Source: Prorocentrum cordatum (taxonomy: Eukaryota). From it: a stretch of DNA of 64,000 nt. The position numbers were made by a program, and so were the translations under genes. Positions within the stretch are counted from its first letter, which is position 1. Each line of letters opens with the position of its first letter. The notes beneath the pieces are model-generated. The model made no database searches. It saw nothing but the letters and a program-made list of their open reading frames with translations, and was not told the origin of the DNA. The stretch spans positions 62,001 through 126,000 of the forward strand of contig CAUYUJ010000003.1 in NCBI GenBank assembly GCA_963575745.1, read 5' to 3'. Below are positions 27,274 through 40,450 of the stretch, piece after piece.

Positions 27274-27696
27274 GTCCCCGGTTTTCTCCCTCCACCGATT
27301 CCGCCATCTCCGATCCTGGTAAGCCGTGCCTTGCTGGCAGGGTCACGTGGCATGCAAGCCGCAGGAGAGGAGGGGAAGCGTCAAGAACGGGGTCGGGAGG
27401 ACAGATATAGGTGGTGGAGCGGCAGGGGGCGGCAGGAGGACGAGGGAAAGAGCACGCACCATCGGTCTTGGCTTCCCTGATGATCGACTGCTCGCTCCCT
27501 GTCTGCACGATCGCTTACTGTCTGCTCGACTCGTCCTCGTTCTCCAACCCTCTCTTTGTACTTTCTACACCCCTGGCTCCTCGAGAGGACCGTGCTCCTC
27601 CTGAGCGAACTGAGCACCCAATGGCTGCTCGCTCGTCCTCCAGGCTTTCCCCCGACACTTCTGCCTAAATGCTGAATATTCGCCCACGTACGGCCC

Positions 27697-27871
27697 GCCC
27701 TAGGACAGAATCGCATCCTTCAAGAACATGAGACCCTCCGCAGGCCAAACCAAGGAATATTCGAGGATACCCTCCCCGAGGATGCACAATAAACGCTTAC
27801 AAGAACGAGAGACATCAAGTTACCCTCCCTGAACCGACGTCGATCTTGTTTGTATCTCGGTCCGACCGTAT
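27697..27871 (+). repeat. ~170-bp dispersed SINE-like repeat, copy 3
   Basis: Same motifs as the 20963 copy. Confidence 0.85.
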
Positions 27872-27927
27872 TCGCTGATGGCTCTGACTCCTCCCCCGAT
27901 CGTCATTCCCTCCCCTTCCGCCCATTC

Positions 27928-28020
27928 CTTGATGAGGTCTTGGAAGGCGCCCATGCACAGAGATATCTGCGCCTTCTTGTCCCCATCGGGCGCAAGCTGC
28001 CCAAATAACTTCTCTGCCAC
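27928..28020 (-). CDS. Putative exon of unknown host gene X (VAEKLFGQLAPDGDKKAQISLCMGAFQDLIK)
   Basis: gAG|G acceptor with CTAAT nearby upstream, 93 nt, phase 0, AAG|GA donor. Confidence 0.45.
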
Positions 28021-29539
28021 CTCCATTGCCCGATTAGCGAGCCAGCCAGAAGCAGATAGACCACAGGTCGGGGGTTGTTAAAGGTGCCCCTGGCCCAAGG
28101 CGTCCCCAGCCTTTCGCTCCATTTTGGAGCCCGCGGGGCCCTCTAGGCCTCGTAAGGGATTCTCTGGAGACCGTGGGGGCGTCCTCCGAAATCCTGGGAT
28201 AATCTTGGACCAAGGGCACGTTCTGCAACACCCGAACATGAGAAGCAGCGGGGTGCGGGGGAACGCATGGCAGCACATGATGGGACAAGACACCTGACCA
28301 ATGTACCTTGACGTCGCCGTGTGTGAATCACATCTCTTGCAACATAAAAACAATGCGTGTACTTGCCCAAGTTTAGCAGGGGCTACCCGGGGCGCGTGAA
28401 GGCCAACAATCGCTGGCATCAACAGGCTAGGGTGTATTCAACAGGGACTTGTAGGGTGGAGTGGTGACAACCAGCATTGGTGACAATCAGGGCTACTGTG
28501 TCTAGATAGGAACTAGTAAGGCTAATTGTGACAATTGCCGTTGGCAAAAATCAAGGCTAGCAGGGACAATGAATGGGATAGTGGTGGTCAGGATATCCTC
28601 CACTTCTTCCCCCCCATTTTTTCAACAGCGCAACAACCAGTGAACGCATCATCGCAAGCCTAAAGTGATCCACATATTCCGGTGCTGTTTTGATCTCGCA
28701 GAACAGTAAACGACATCAGAAGGTCAAGAAGGAGGAAGGGGAAATGGGCAGCGTACTTGCCAAAATCCGCTGCCGCGCGCACCACCTGCTGGATGCATAG
28801 CGGCATCACAGAAGTAACAAACACCCCAGAGAAGAGGGGGGAAATGGAGCGAGGCGGAGAAGAAGAGGGCGAGGGAAAACAAACAAGAAAAGCACCCATG
28901 CATAGCTTAGCGAACCCAGCGCACATGCAATATCTGTACAAATGGTCCGTACCCTTCGGCGCCAGCCTTGCAAAAATGCTCAAAGGCGACATGGACGACC
29001 GATTCCAGGAGGAGACACCGTCCCGCGAATCTGCTCGACGCTTTGAACACGGCAAAGGTTGCAAGCGCCGGCAAGATGAGCGCCTGTCGTCGGCTGCATC
29101 GAGGCACATGAAGGTTTCTAGACTGACGTTTCGGATGCCGATGGGTCTGGCTTCAAGTGTCGAGGTGAAAGGGCACGCCTCGCGATGCTCGATGATGTCC
29201 TGCGCTAGCCGGGAACATTCAAACCAACAATGGCCCACCTGCAGGAAACCCCGCGCCGTGCACTGCCCATTCCTTTGTGTCATCCAGGCAGCAGCTACTA
29301 CACGCGAGGCGCCAACCGGCTGAACCTTCGAACAACTTTCGGCGCCTGGCGTGCAAGCCGGCAGGTCAGGGTGGGAGGCGCCCACCTTGCAAATCCCAGC
29401 AGCCCTTTCGGGCGCCAGGTGGTTTAGCGAGCCTCCTCTGCCAACCCCCTTCTTCCCCCTAGGAGAGGGGTTTACCCCTCCCTCTATCCCCTCCCGCTGG
29501 GTCTGGAAGGGTGCTTTTGCGAGGCGATAGAACGTCCAA

Positions 29540-30080
29540 GATGGCCCAATACGACCCAAAGACGGCTTCAGACAGCCCAAGATGAGTCAAGATAGCCTGC
29601 GAGTGGCCATGGAGCCTTCCAAGGACGCCCCCTAAGGGGCCAACATCCTTCCAACATCTGAAGAAAATCCATGTTGTTTTGCATTCTCGCCTTTTCGCTT
29701 GCGAGAAGTTTCAGAAGCTTCAGGATGATTCTAAGGTGGCCCAATGGAGCCCAAAGGGGGGCCCAAGAGGGCCCCGACACGGCCACAAACGCGCTCACGA
29801 GCGCCCGAAGAGCGGCCCAAGAGGCGATTTTGAGGGCTGTGACGGGGAGACCATTTTGTATCACCCCCCTTCTTTGATCGATGGTCTTCAAGATGGCCCC
29901 AAGAGGCTCCGAAGAGGGGCCAACAAAAAAACCCGAGAGGGTCCCAAGAGAGCCCCAAGAAACCCCCAAGAGGGCCCCTCGTGGGCCTCACACGCCTTCA
30001 GAATTTCCCCAAGACGGCTCCATGATGACCCCAAGAGGTCTCCAAGAAACTCCCAGAGCGAAAGATCCGCAAAGGCCTCG
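29540..30080. repeat. GGCCC(C)AAGA-rich dispersed repeat family
   Basis: Recurrent ggcccaagagg/ggcctccaagacgg words; related copies at ~15300-15500, ~21500-21580, ~22030-22200, 49710-50620 and inverted at ~54090-54190. Confidence 0.8.
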
Positions 30081-30499
30081 ATAAATGTCTCCTGTCGTCA
30101 TCGTCGTCGTCCTCGTCGGCGTCTAGGGATGCTGACCGCGTGCTGGCTTCTTCCGACATCCTCCTCCTAGCTCCCTCTACCTCCCCATATCTCCTCCAAT
30201 CTCCTCCGTCCTCCTCCTGCCTCCCCCTGCCTCCCCACACCTCCTCCTACTTCTCCTACTGATCCTACCTCCTCCTCTCATCTCCTCCGACTCTATCGCT
30301 CCCCAGAACCACCAACGCACGGGGGACCCTTGCGGGTCACCGGTGCGCCTCCTGCTTGCTCCTGGTTCCTGCTCCTTCTCGGCCTGTCCTCTTCATTTCC
30401 CTTCCTCCTCCTTGCTGCGCTCCATCCTTCTCCTTCGGAACAAAGTCTGCGAAGACGGATGCGGGCCACTCCTAGATTGTATGCTGCAACGCATCCCTC

Positions 30500-33400
30500 A
30501 TACAGGCCACTCGCCTGGTGATTGTCTTTGGATGGTGGGTACACGCGAAGTGTCAAACGATTGCTGCGGAAAAGGGGTCTAGACCAGGGTGAGTCTATGT
30601 TGCCAGGGTGAGTCACCGCTTTGGTGACTCTCAGACTTGCCAGGGTGAGTCCCTCCCCATCGTCCCTCCATCCTCCTCGTCCTCCTCCTACATCGCGCGT
30701 GTGCGCATCGAGGTCCATGAGTCTTACTGACCTGCCTCAGCCTGCTGCAAGGCCTGTGCACGAGCAGATCGCGCACACATTGGGAAGTCGAGAGGCGATG
30801 AGAGCGTGTGGCATCGTGCGTTATATATGTAGTGCTCAATGCTCGTGCATTGCCATGCCAAGTCGCGCTCCTCGTCTGAGAGGCTCCTGGCCAAGCCGAT
30901 TCGCGAGTCCAAATGATACGGCATCGGGCGATCAAGGAACCGGGCCTGATGAACCACTGATGAACTGCCGGCCACAAGGCAGGGCAACTCATACAGTGGG
31001 CCTGTGAATCCTTCGCGCGCCCTCAGCCGAGCAACCAAAAACGCGCTGGCGGTCCACGTGCGCCATTCCTCGCTCAGTCGTCCACCCGCCCCCATCGAAA
31101 CACCTGGTGCGGCATCGGGATAGGCTGGCACAAGTGCGAGAACTTAGATGCTCCCAACGTGTTGTACCAGCGAACTGCTAACAAAGGGGGCGGCCTGCTG
31201 CCTGGCAATGTCCCGAACGACCTCGGCCCGCTCGCGAATGACCAGATCCGGCAATTCATCGACGTCAGCAGGGCGGTCTACGCCCCGAGGTCTTCTGCTC
31301 ATGCCGCAATCGGGACCTGTCCAGCCAGGGGCATGGCGCGCAATGAGAATGTCGATTCTCCGATCCCGAGAACCGATCAGGGCGCGCTCTTGAATCCCAG
31401 AGTGTAAGGGCACATTGCGAGAGCCCACGCCAAGCCGCTGAAAGGGATCTCCTTGCATCACCCCAGACACTCTCATACCGAACGAAATGAAAACACCCAC
31501 CGGCGGACAACAACGCGCGCAAACACGTGCGTGGACTGCATAAGAGAGCGGAAACCTAGGGGGGGAAACCTACATCCGTAAGGACCTCCCAGAAGTAGCA
31601 ATGGCAGAGGGAGGGAACGGAATTGCCGAATTCGAAGAGGATGACGATGATGATGAGAAGGAGCGGGTGCCTCACGGATGCTTCCTCGGGCATTCCTGCG
31701 ACTCTGGCCGACGCGTCCAAAGGAAGAATCACATTGTTCAGGGAACTGCGATCTACGCGAACCCCCTGCTGGTCGGGCAGCGCACGCCCACTGATCATTC
31801 GCTTAATGTTGTGATTACCATGAGTCCGAGATGAGTTTCATGTCCGAATGTGTAAAGGGCCAAGGTCGGGTCGACGCTGGTTCTCTCGCTACCCTGCTAC
31901 AGCAGACCCCCTCTTTCCGCTTGTCGCGAAAACCAGCAAATGCACATGATCATTCAATCCTACAGGCAGAGGTCGCCCAGAAATCATCTCACTCATTGGA
32001 TCATGCAGTACTTCCGCTGCGAATGGGTGGCGCCGCGCAGCGAGCGGTAACCCGTCGGGGCCTGGCGCCGTGAATTTGGCTGTCCGGATGGCCATCCGGA
32101 TCCGAGCAACGCTGGGGGGGGGGGGGGGGAGAAATCATTCCAGTTGAAAAGGCCTATCGTGCTTCTCAAGATACCTACGAACGCGCCAAAGCGGGGCGCC
32201 CTTCAAATTGACTGCAGGGAGGGGCCCAGCGCCAGCGCGGCGCAGGCGCCACTTCCTGGGTCTCCGAGACCGATCGGCCCTCAGGAGTGGTATAATCCTG
32301 CAGGGGTAACGTTTTCCTGTTGGGTGACCCGAGCTTGCCTCGACGACGCCGCGCGCGCACGTGCGCGCTCAATCTCTTCTTCCCCTGCCAGGCGTTGGAA
32401 TCCCTTGCTGCTGTTTCAGTCAGCTCTAACCTTCGAGCGAGCAGTTGCTGCTGGGGGGCCCCATACTCGCGACGATAGACGACGGCCGCCCTCATAGACG
32501 CCCGCCCCCCCCCCCCCCCCCCCCCCGCAGCACTTGCCAGTGGGCGGCAGCAGCAGCAGAGGCCGCGGCAAAGGGGCGAGAGGCGAGGAGCAACTCATTT
32601 TGATTGAACGCCCTGGAAATCAAGCGAAACATCCGAGACTTGGTTTTGGCCTCAGAGGCCTGGGCCCGATTGGGGGAACTTCTGGCGGCCTCTCTCAGCA
32701 GACGCTTATGCTCGCGCCATTTGAGGGCGGCGGGGTGCGAAAGGGGGGGAGGGGGGGGGGCTGCGAGCGCGCAGAGAGATGGTGCTGGGCGGCAGGCGAT
32801 TCACAGACATGCTGCGGGATGGGCTGCTCATGCTCAGGCTTTGCCTGCGCACCCCAAACGTGGCGCCCGCATGGGGCATGATCTGGTCTGATATGCCTCT
32901 CTGATACAGAGACTCGGGGGCACCCGGCACCGTGGCGGTAAGGATCCAGTGGGGCAAGAGCCAGCCTAGCGTGCTCGCATTTATCTTGTCCACCTGGATG
33001 AGCCTCTGGCCCCCCGCGATGAAGTGCGTCGGCTGCTCTGGGTCGAGCCCCGGCGCGCATCCCAATGGTTCCGCCCATTCCTGTGTCCGCTCGCGAGATC
33101 GCGGAGCAGCCATGGAGCCCTTGTTGATCCCAGGAGTACCCAATTACATCGCCGCTTTCTCATGGAAGTCGACGTCGCCCATGACCATGACCTTCGAGCG
33201 CACCAGGCTGGCCTCTGCGATCTCTACCTCGGCCGATATGCGCGCCAGGATCCTCTAGGTGTCGTCCGCGCTGATACCGAAGTTGTGAATGTTGTAGATT
33301 GCCAGAATGGTGTCGTGCCCGCGACGAATCTGGGGCCTCGGCGCTTAGCGGCTTAGCCAAGCATGATGACCGCGTGCTGTATGCGTCCCTGCTGCAGCGC

Positions 33401-34560
33401 CAAGTCTGCATCTGAGACCAACGGCCATGATAGCAACGTCGCCCGCGCCGTGGCGAAGAACCGATGAGAAAACCGCAGCCTTGTTATGAACCAACTAGGC
33501 ATGTTGGTGCCACTCTTCCGGTGTGCCATGAACTTCTTGTACTGCTAAAACCGAATGCTGTCTTAGAAATGACCTGAAGAAGGTACGGGTCGGTGAAAGG
33601 TGGAACAATGTACGAGTGTCCCGGGCATCATGACCGAATTAAATTCGCCACCGGACCTCCTTGGAGACATGGAAGACGCCGTTGGATATTGAGAGGACCG
33701 CGTCTTTGTCGATGCCCTGTTTTAATACGGAGCCGTAGTTCCAGAGCAATTTCGTATCTGGGTCCCTTTCCTCACCTACCCCCAGACGAACTGTCGGGAC
33801 CCATTGCGCTACAACGCTGCCTTTCGTACGACCATGTCAAAAGCGCAAATGCGGGTGGAGCTCCGTGACCATTGCCGAGAGCCTTTTGGTTTGAATCTCT
33901 CTGCGTACCATTCCTGCCGCCTTGTCCACCCCCAAGAAGATACGAGACGAGCCACCCTCGATAGTGTCAGCACTGAAGTGCCTCCACTCACCATTGGGCA
34001 TCTTGAGATGCCGACGAGCTTTCTGAACCTTGCGCATGGCCGCATTGGCGTCACCCGACATCTCCAGACTAATCGTGCCATCAAGGTTCCTGTCCAGCTC
34101 GAGAATGCCCTTGATGGGAATGGCCGCCTCTGGTGTGTAGACCTGCTTGCGGATCTGCTCGGGCTGCTCACGCATGAGCTGCTGGTCGCGCTCAACCTCG
34201 TTCTGGCGGCGCCTGAACTCGACCAACTCTCCTTGGACCTGCGAGTTGACATTCTCCTGCTACTCCGCCACCGCCATGACCAGACTGGTCGTGCAGTTGT
34301 TGACCTGTGTGATCATGGAACCCGTGGCCTCTTCCATGCGCTGGTCAATGGTGAGCTCGAACTCTTTCTTGAAGCTGGCGGGGAGCACCTCGACATTGGA
34401 TATCCAGCCTGGCGATGCCGGTGGTACAGCTCCACCTCCACCAACGGGTGCAGACGGAGGGCCGAGTCGCTTGACTGTTCACCTCCAGCACGTGCCATTG
34501 TCCATGGGTCACCGTTGGCAGCATCCATCGGATCAGGAGAACGACTAGCAGAACCATGAC
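30500..34560 (-). mobile_element. Near full-length decayed LINE (ORF1 + AP-endonuclease + RT)
   Basis: Minus strand, in order: coiled-coil ORF1 (33837-34226, ...DKAAGMVRREIQTKRL...HP), EN motifs LAVQEVHG (~33530), VMGDVDF (~33170) and ISDQ (~32890), RT motifs TAPGPDGLP (~32060), ILFEFGNSVPSL and SGVMQGDP (~31460), then WYNTLG..SHLCQP. Many frameshifts; 3' boundary approximate. Confidence 0.82.
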
Positions 34561-34834
34561 GCTAGACATCCCGCATCGCAGGCCCGCCCCCTCCTCCTCC
34601 TCCTCCTCCTCACCCTGCTCCTCCCTCGTCCTCCTTGCCTGCTGGAACTTCCTAGAGGCCCCCCCCCTCCCCCCGCAGCAAAACCTTGGCCTGATGAGGC
34701 GTCGCCGCCTTCGGCAGCGACGCCTGCGCGCCTGGCCGCCCAGCTGCGGACTGCGCGTTCGCCGCGCCCCACTCCGAGGCCTCGGGGATCTCAGCAAACG
34801 CACTGTCCTAGGAGTCCTACATAGGCTCTCTATA

Positions 34835-35320
34835 TTTGCCTCCTCCTCGTCCTCCTTCCTCCTACTCCTCCTCCTCCACCTTATCCTCCTCCTCCTCTCA
34901 ATCCTCCTCCTCTTCCGTCTCCTCCCTCACCTCTTCCTCCTCCTCCTCGTCCTCCTTTCCTCCTTATCCTCCTCCTCCTCCTCCTCCTCCTCCTCCGTCT
35001 CCTCGCCTCCTCCACATCCCCCTCCAATCCACATCTTCATCTCCTCCTCCTCCTCTTCCCCCTCCTCCTCCTCCTCCTCCTCCTCCTCCTCTCCTCCTCT
35101 CCTCTTCCTCCTCCTCCTCCTCTCTCCTCCCTCACTCTCCCCTCTCTCTCTCCTCCTCCTTCTTCTCCTCCTCCTCCCTCCCCCCCCGTCCTCCTCCTCC
35201 TGTCCTCCTCCTCTTCCCCCTCCTCCTCCTCCTCCTCCTCCTCTCCTCCTCTCCTCCTCCTGCTCCTCCTCTTTCTCCTCCTCCTCCTCCTCCTCCTCCT
35301 CCAACCCCTACTCCTCCTTA
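34835..35320. repeat. (CTC)n polypyrimidine microsatellite
   Basis: Direct observation. Confidence 0.95.
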
Positions 35321-35391
35321 CTTAGCACGCCCAAATTGCGGATAAGAGTACATGGGCGGGCGAATTGGTCGCGGGGTGGGTCGCGGAAGGG

Positions 35392-35725
35392 ACAACAACA
35401 GCAGCAGCAACAACACTAATACCAACAACAACACCAACAACACCACCAGCAACACCACCAGCAACAACAGCAACACCAATACCACCACCAACATCAGCAA
35501 TAACCACCACAACCACAACCACAACCACAACCACAACCACAACAACACCAGCAACACCAGCAACAACACCAACAATACCAACAACAACGACGACAACGAC
35601 TACGACGACGACAACAACACCACAAACAACAACAGCAACAACACCACCACCACCAACAAGCAACACCACAACTGCAGCAGCAACAACAAACCAACACAAC
35701 GCAACAACACATCCAGCACCAACAA
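35392..35725. repeat. (AAC/ACC)n degenerate microsatellite
   Basis: Direct observation. Confidence 0.9.
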
Positions 35726-35879
35726 TCATTCTAAGACTTTTGGTTTTGAGATGCTCGCGAAAGGTGGCAGGACGAGACGACGTGGAGAGATAATGATGCA
35801 ACGCGACAGAAATGACCAGGAGTGGGATGGAGCAAGAAGGGTGTTAGGAGCAGCAGGAAAACAAACAACGAACTGGGCG

Positions 35880-37705
35880 GGACGGGTCGGGCGGGCCCAG
35901 ACGGCCGGGTTGAGCGGGCGGGTCGCCGAAGCGTTAGTCCTGCATGAACCACGAGGAAGTCTTGAACTGCAGCGCGATCCCCCAATACATCGTGAGGCAA
36001 TCCGATGCGGAAGGAAAGCGTGACTCTCTGGATAAATTGTGAAGACGTCCTGCGCGAGAGCGCGAGTATGCATTACTTGTGAGGAGATATCAAACTGGAG
36101 CTGTTGTGTGGGTAGTTCGGGGTGCAGAAAACAGATCTGACGCGCAAGGCTCTCCCTTGTAAAAAAACAGGGTGCGAGCCCCGGGATGAGCCCTTCATTT
36201 GAAAACATACATGGGCACCCGCGGGGGATCAACAATAATTGTTTTGTAGAGTTGATAATTCAACAATGAATTAACAGCTATTCGTGCACATCTGCTCGCG
36301 TGTCATTCAACATGTATACCGCAATCCCCCCAAAACTACCCTCTTCGTTTTCGATGATACCCCCTTTGGGAGGATATCTTCCCAACCTGCCGCGCGCCAT
36401 TGGCGCACAGACCCCAAAACAGTGGAAAGGAGGAGGGAAGGAAAAAGGGGGAGAGAGAAGGATAGAACGCGACATACAATGACAGGAGGGGGAAAGGAGC
36501 AAAGAAACAAACGGTACAATCAGACTGCAAGCAATCCAATAAACTTGGTACGATTTGCCGGACTGGGATCGTGACTGGATCTACGCACGACCGGAGTCCG
36601 AGTCTCAGGAAGGTGCGTCGGTGCGATTTCGCCCAGGCACGGTCAGGAAGTCCCGCGGGCGAATTACGTTGGCGACGGCGACGGCGACGGCGGCGGCGGC
36701 GAGACGGACGACGACGACAACGACGACGGCGGCGACAGCGCGGTCCAGTATTCAGGGCGCGCGAACCCAGAGGATAAGCGAAGTAAAACTCCAGCAGGGG
36801 CGCCTCAATCAAATTCTAGATGGCGCCTTCCCCACCCGTCGCGCCTGCCCCGTGCACCTGCGTAAGTCGTCCTCGGGGACCTCCGCTGCCCTTAACAGTG
36901 GTCCGACAGGTTCCGTTCCGAACGCATTATCCCAACATGTCTCCACTACTCGGATCCGTCCAACAAACATCGGGTTCGCAGTGGATCCGTCCAACAGGCG
37001 CCAGTTCCGCATAGGATCCGTAGCGGATCCCCGCCCAGATCCGACGACCTAGGCGAGGTTGACACTCCCGAGCGGGGACCCTCCTCAATGTCTTCGGGGG
37101 GCCCTGCGCTTGTTTTCGGTCGGGTGCACGATGCTGCGTCCATCGCCCGCGACCTGCCGCCAAACTCCCTTTCCCCAGGCTGGCTGGCCCGACGGCCCCT
37201 TGACTGGCTGGACCGACAGTCTGCCAACTCGTGCGATGTGAAGCTTCAGGCCAGAATCTCAAATCGTACCAATTTACCTGAATGTCTGTAGCGGGTCGGG
37301 CTGGCGGACCCTTGCGGGCGAGTCGGGCCCAAACGGCTGGGTTCGAGCGGGCCAGTCGCTGAAGCGTCGGTCCTGCATGACCAGCGAGGAAATTGCAAGT
37401 AGAAGCGCGATACCCAAGTAAATCGCAGTAACGTCCCAAGCGAGAACAGGATTCGACGTCTCAATCTCTTGTCAAGAAATGCCACACGAGAATGCGATTC
37501 CCGTATTGCTTGTCGAGAACTCCTGCGCGAGAGCGCGAGTTACCAACACGTCGTGAGGAATTCTCGACCGGGAGCCGTTCTGTATACTGGGGGCCAGGGG
37601 CACAGCTTGAGCCCCACGACTTACCCTGATATGAAACATGGTGCAAGCCCTGGGGGAGGCACTTCAACCGGAAAAAAACATAATGGGCACCGGAGAGGGG
37701 GGAAC
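35880..37705 (+). repeat. Diverged ~350-bp direct repeat pair (35880-36230 and 37320-37705)
   Basis: Shared colinear words gggccca(g/a)acggc..ggtt(c)gagcggg, gaagcgt..gtcctgcatga, tcctgcgcgagagcgcgagt, ggtgc(g/a)agccc, atgggcacc. Confidence 0.7.
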
Positions 37706-38149
37706 ATCCAAAGTTATTCGTCAGAGAATCCAGCAAGAATCCGCACAACGGAATCACACTTCAGCCGCGCATCCATGGACAATGAATGACCGCTCGGCCC
37801 CCTCACTCTGACGAAAGAACTCGTCCTCGCCGCACCGCCAGGCGTGTCAGTAGGGCGCGGTCTGGGCCCTGCAGGCCAAGACCCTGAAGCTTGAAAGATC
37901 CAAAGGCCACAGGGACGGATGGTCGGCCCTTTTCAAAGCATGGTTGTCGCCCCGGGGCCGCGCGTATATATCTGACAAGTTTCCACCACAGAAAAGGCTA
38001 CACGGATCGTGGATGGGCTATGGATGGCCTATATTCAAATGTGGCTCTCGTCTCAGCGCCGCGCGCGCTCTAATTACTGGCAATTACACGGCTGGAGGGC
38101 GATCCGTTTTCATTGTGTGGCTCTCGTCTTAAGGCAGCGTGCATTTATG

Positions 38150-38420
38150 TGTCTCCCCACGATGTCAGCACAGGATGTATTGCTGTCCACTTCCGGGCCC
38201 CTTCCGCACAGAACGGTCACCGGCAAGAGATATCAGGGATGGAGAAGTAGAATGGGATGTTGGATGACTGGATGGGATTGGCAAGAGAGGGGCTGTGAGG
38301 CACGTGCGGCTGAGCCAAAATGGGTACGGACATCGCACCCTTCTCTGTATGTTCAAGCACATAGGCAAACGTCGGAGGACACATGTGCGAACTAATGAGC
38401 TGCTGGCGCTCATTCCCGCA
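38150..38420 (-). repeat. 3' LTR (271 bp)
   Basis: Aligns by eye to 48257-48528 with 22 substitutions + 1 indel (~91.5% identity); TG...CA termini. Confidence 0.95.
38310..38330 (-). other. DinoSL-like sequence inside 3' LTR
   Basis: Minus strand TCCGTACCCATTTTGGCTCA-G vs DCCGTAGCCATTTTGGCTCAAG (1 mismatch, 1 deletion). Confidence 0.9.
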
Positions 38421-38428
38421 GTCCCCCG
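38421..38428 (-). promoter_or_regulatory. Short putative polypurine tract (GGGGGAC) before 3' LTR
   Basis: Immediately upstream of the 3' LTR on the element sense strand; unusually short. Confidence 0.35.
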
Positions 38429-38762
38429 AAAAATAATGGGCTTGAATAGAGGTGCGACATCCGAGACCCATCTGGCATCCTTCAAACGATTCACACTAGC
38501 AGTACTGGCACTGGAGAGCGCAAGAAAACGGCAATTCGGACACCGTCCTCGTGGCTAGGCGGAGCGGCCTGACTTAACAAGAGTCCACGCCCCCGCGTCA
38601 GGTCACACTCTGGCCACTTGGCGTTCCCGAAATAAAGGGCAATCACGGGCGCAACGAGAACACTTGGACAGGAAAGATACGCTCCAAAACATGCAAGAGA
38701 ACTTCCGCCTCGCCAGTGCCTTGAAAACGGAGAGGTGAAAGAGGCGAGACAGAGGGCAGGAT

Positions 38763-39420
38763 TCACTGCAACTGTCGCCTGGGCTCGGCTCTGGATCGGT
38801 TCTTGACTCGGGGGTCGTCCTTACGATCTGTCAGAGAACCGTCTTCGGATCTTAACCTAAGCATGCCCGGCTTGAGTAAAGCGAGCTGGGCAGCATTCGT
38901 CTTGGCCGTATCGGCCTTGGTGAGGCAGTCGACAAGCATGCGGGGATGGGGCGCCCACCTGATCGCACTCCCTATCCGATCCATAGTCTCTCTAACGACG
39001 GCTAGATCTATGGCGGCCCTCCTATCTGACATGGTCCCCGACGTGAGTTTCGAGAGGGTGTCATAGATCCCCTTCGCGTCCACGACGCTGACATTGCCGG
39101 TCACCGGCTCGCCAAGCACAGCGCAGTCTTCCTCAAGAAGACTAACGAACGGACCGAGGTTGCCCCGCCACCGCTCGTGGACGACATTGCCGCGAGTGAC
39201 GTCGAGCAGCAAAATCTGGAGCCACTCCGCTTCGCCTAAAGCGCTAGAAAGAGACAGGGTCTCGCCCGCCAGAGCGGACGCCACTTGACTGCGAAGTTTT
39301 CCCGATCGCCACGCGATCGGGGTCACTCGGGCCCGGGGCCCGTGAGCCAAAGAATTATCGGCAATGTAAATATGCTAAGCCTCTTGTGGATGCTGAGGGG
39401 CCCCCTTCTTGTCCTCGGCC
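38763..39420 (-). pseudogene. Copia-type RNase H
   Basis: PIAWRSGKLR..ASALAGETLS, VVDAKGIYD, DRRAAIDL, IRWAPHPRMLVDCLTK (ADxLTK-like). Confidence 0.92.
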
Positions 39421-39559
39421 CCCGCTCCACCGCAGTCGCCGGCCGTGGCCAGCGCAAAACCGCCTGGTCGAAATCTCCAGACTATTATGGGGAGGGACGC
39501 GGTGGACCTCAGGTGGTCCATAATTTTGTTGGCATCCAACCGGTCCTTGACAGAGTGGG

Positions 39560-40450
39560 CATTCACCTTTGCGGCAAGAATCGAGGCCGCGCCCGCGGCC
39601 TCGGCGCGGGACTCTCGGCCCGCCCACTGCAGCTTATACACGAGCGACCGGAAAGCGGCCACCTCGCCGCCAACAAGGGGGGCCTCGTGATTTCCCCTCC
39701 GACCCCGAGCCAGCGGAATCTTCAGAGGCTGTTCCAGAATGTACTTCTCCTGGTCCACCAGGGCCCTGTCCCCGCCCAAACGCGGTCTCCTGCCAATATA
39801 CTCGACGCCTGCGGCGTCGAGCTTCTTCATCGTTCCAAAAATAAACCTAGCTTGGAACGGCTTCAAATAGTTCTCCGCACCCTTCTCGGAACGCGATGGC
39901 CCAGTCGCCCACTTCGACAAGGACCTGGGCCTGGAGGGCCTGCTTGGCCCGTTCCACAAACCAGCACGGTTCGAGGCGAGTCCGCTCATGACATCGAGAC
40001 CGGAGAGAATTAGCGGCGGTCTGATGAAACTCGAGGGGCGCGTCATCGAGACCGTAAGCGGAGCGATCAACTCGATGAGGGACCCCGGGGGAACCGGAAC
40101 CCCTTCGCAGGGCTCGACGAACCCCCCCCTGGCTCTCTTGAGAGGCTCCGACTGGCAAAACGCGTTTTTTAATGTCCCCTATGTAGATGCACAGCTTGTA
40201 CATGAGCGAGACCACCAACAACAGCATCAGGGCTTCCATGCACGGAGTGGGGGCATAAACCTGAAGTTCGCTCGCGTCCTCGTCTTGGTGGCCCCTCACG
40301 CGCCATATAGACTTGGCTTTGGGGGGGGCCTGCGTCCCCTCTTGGGGTTTCCATCTCCTGACCATCCTACTGGAGACGATCCTGGCGGGAAAGAGACGTC
40401 GCAGCTCCTTGGCTTGATCGGGGGGGTGAACGATCGCTGCGCGAGTGCCC
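39560..40450 (-). pseudogene. Copia-type reverse transcriptase (frameshifted)
   Basis: VSSRMVRRWK, KAKSIWRVRGHQD, YAPTP, GDIK, YGLDDAPLEF, EPCWF, LVEVGDW (xVDD with D>G), FRSLVYKLQWA. Confidence 0.92.
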
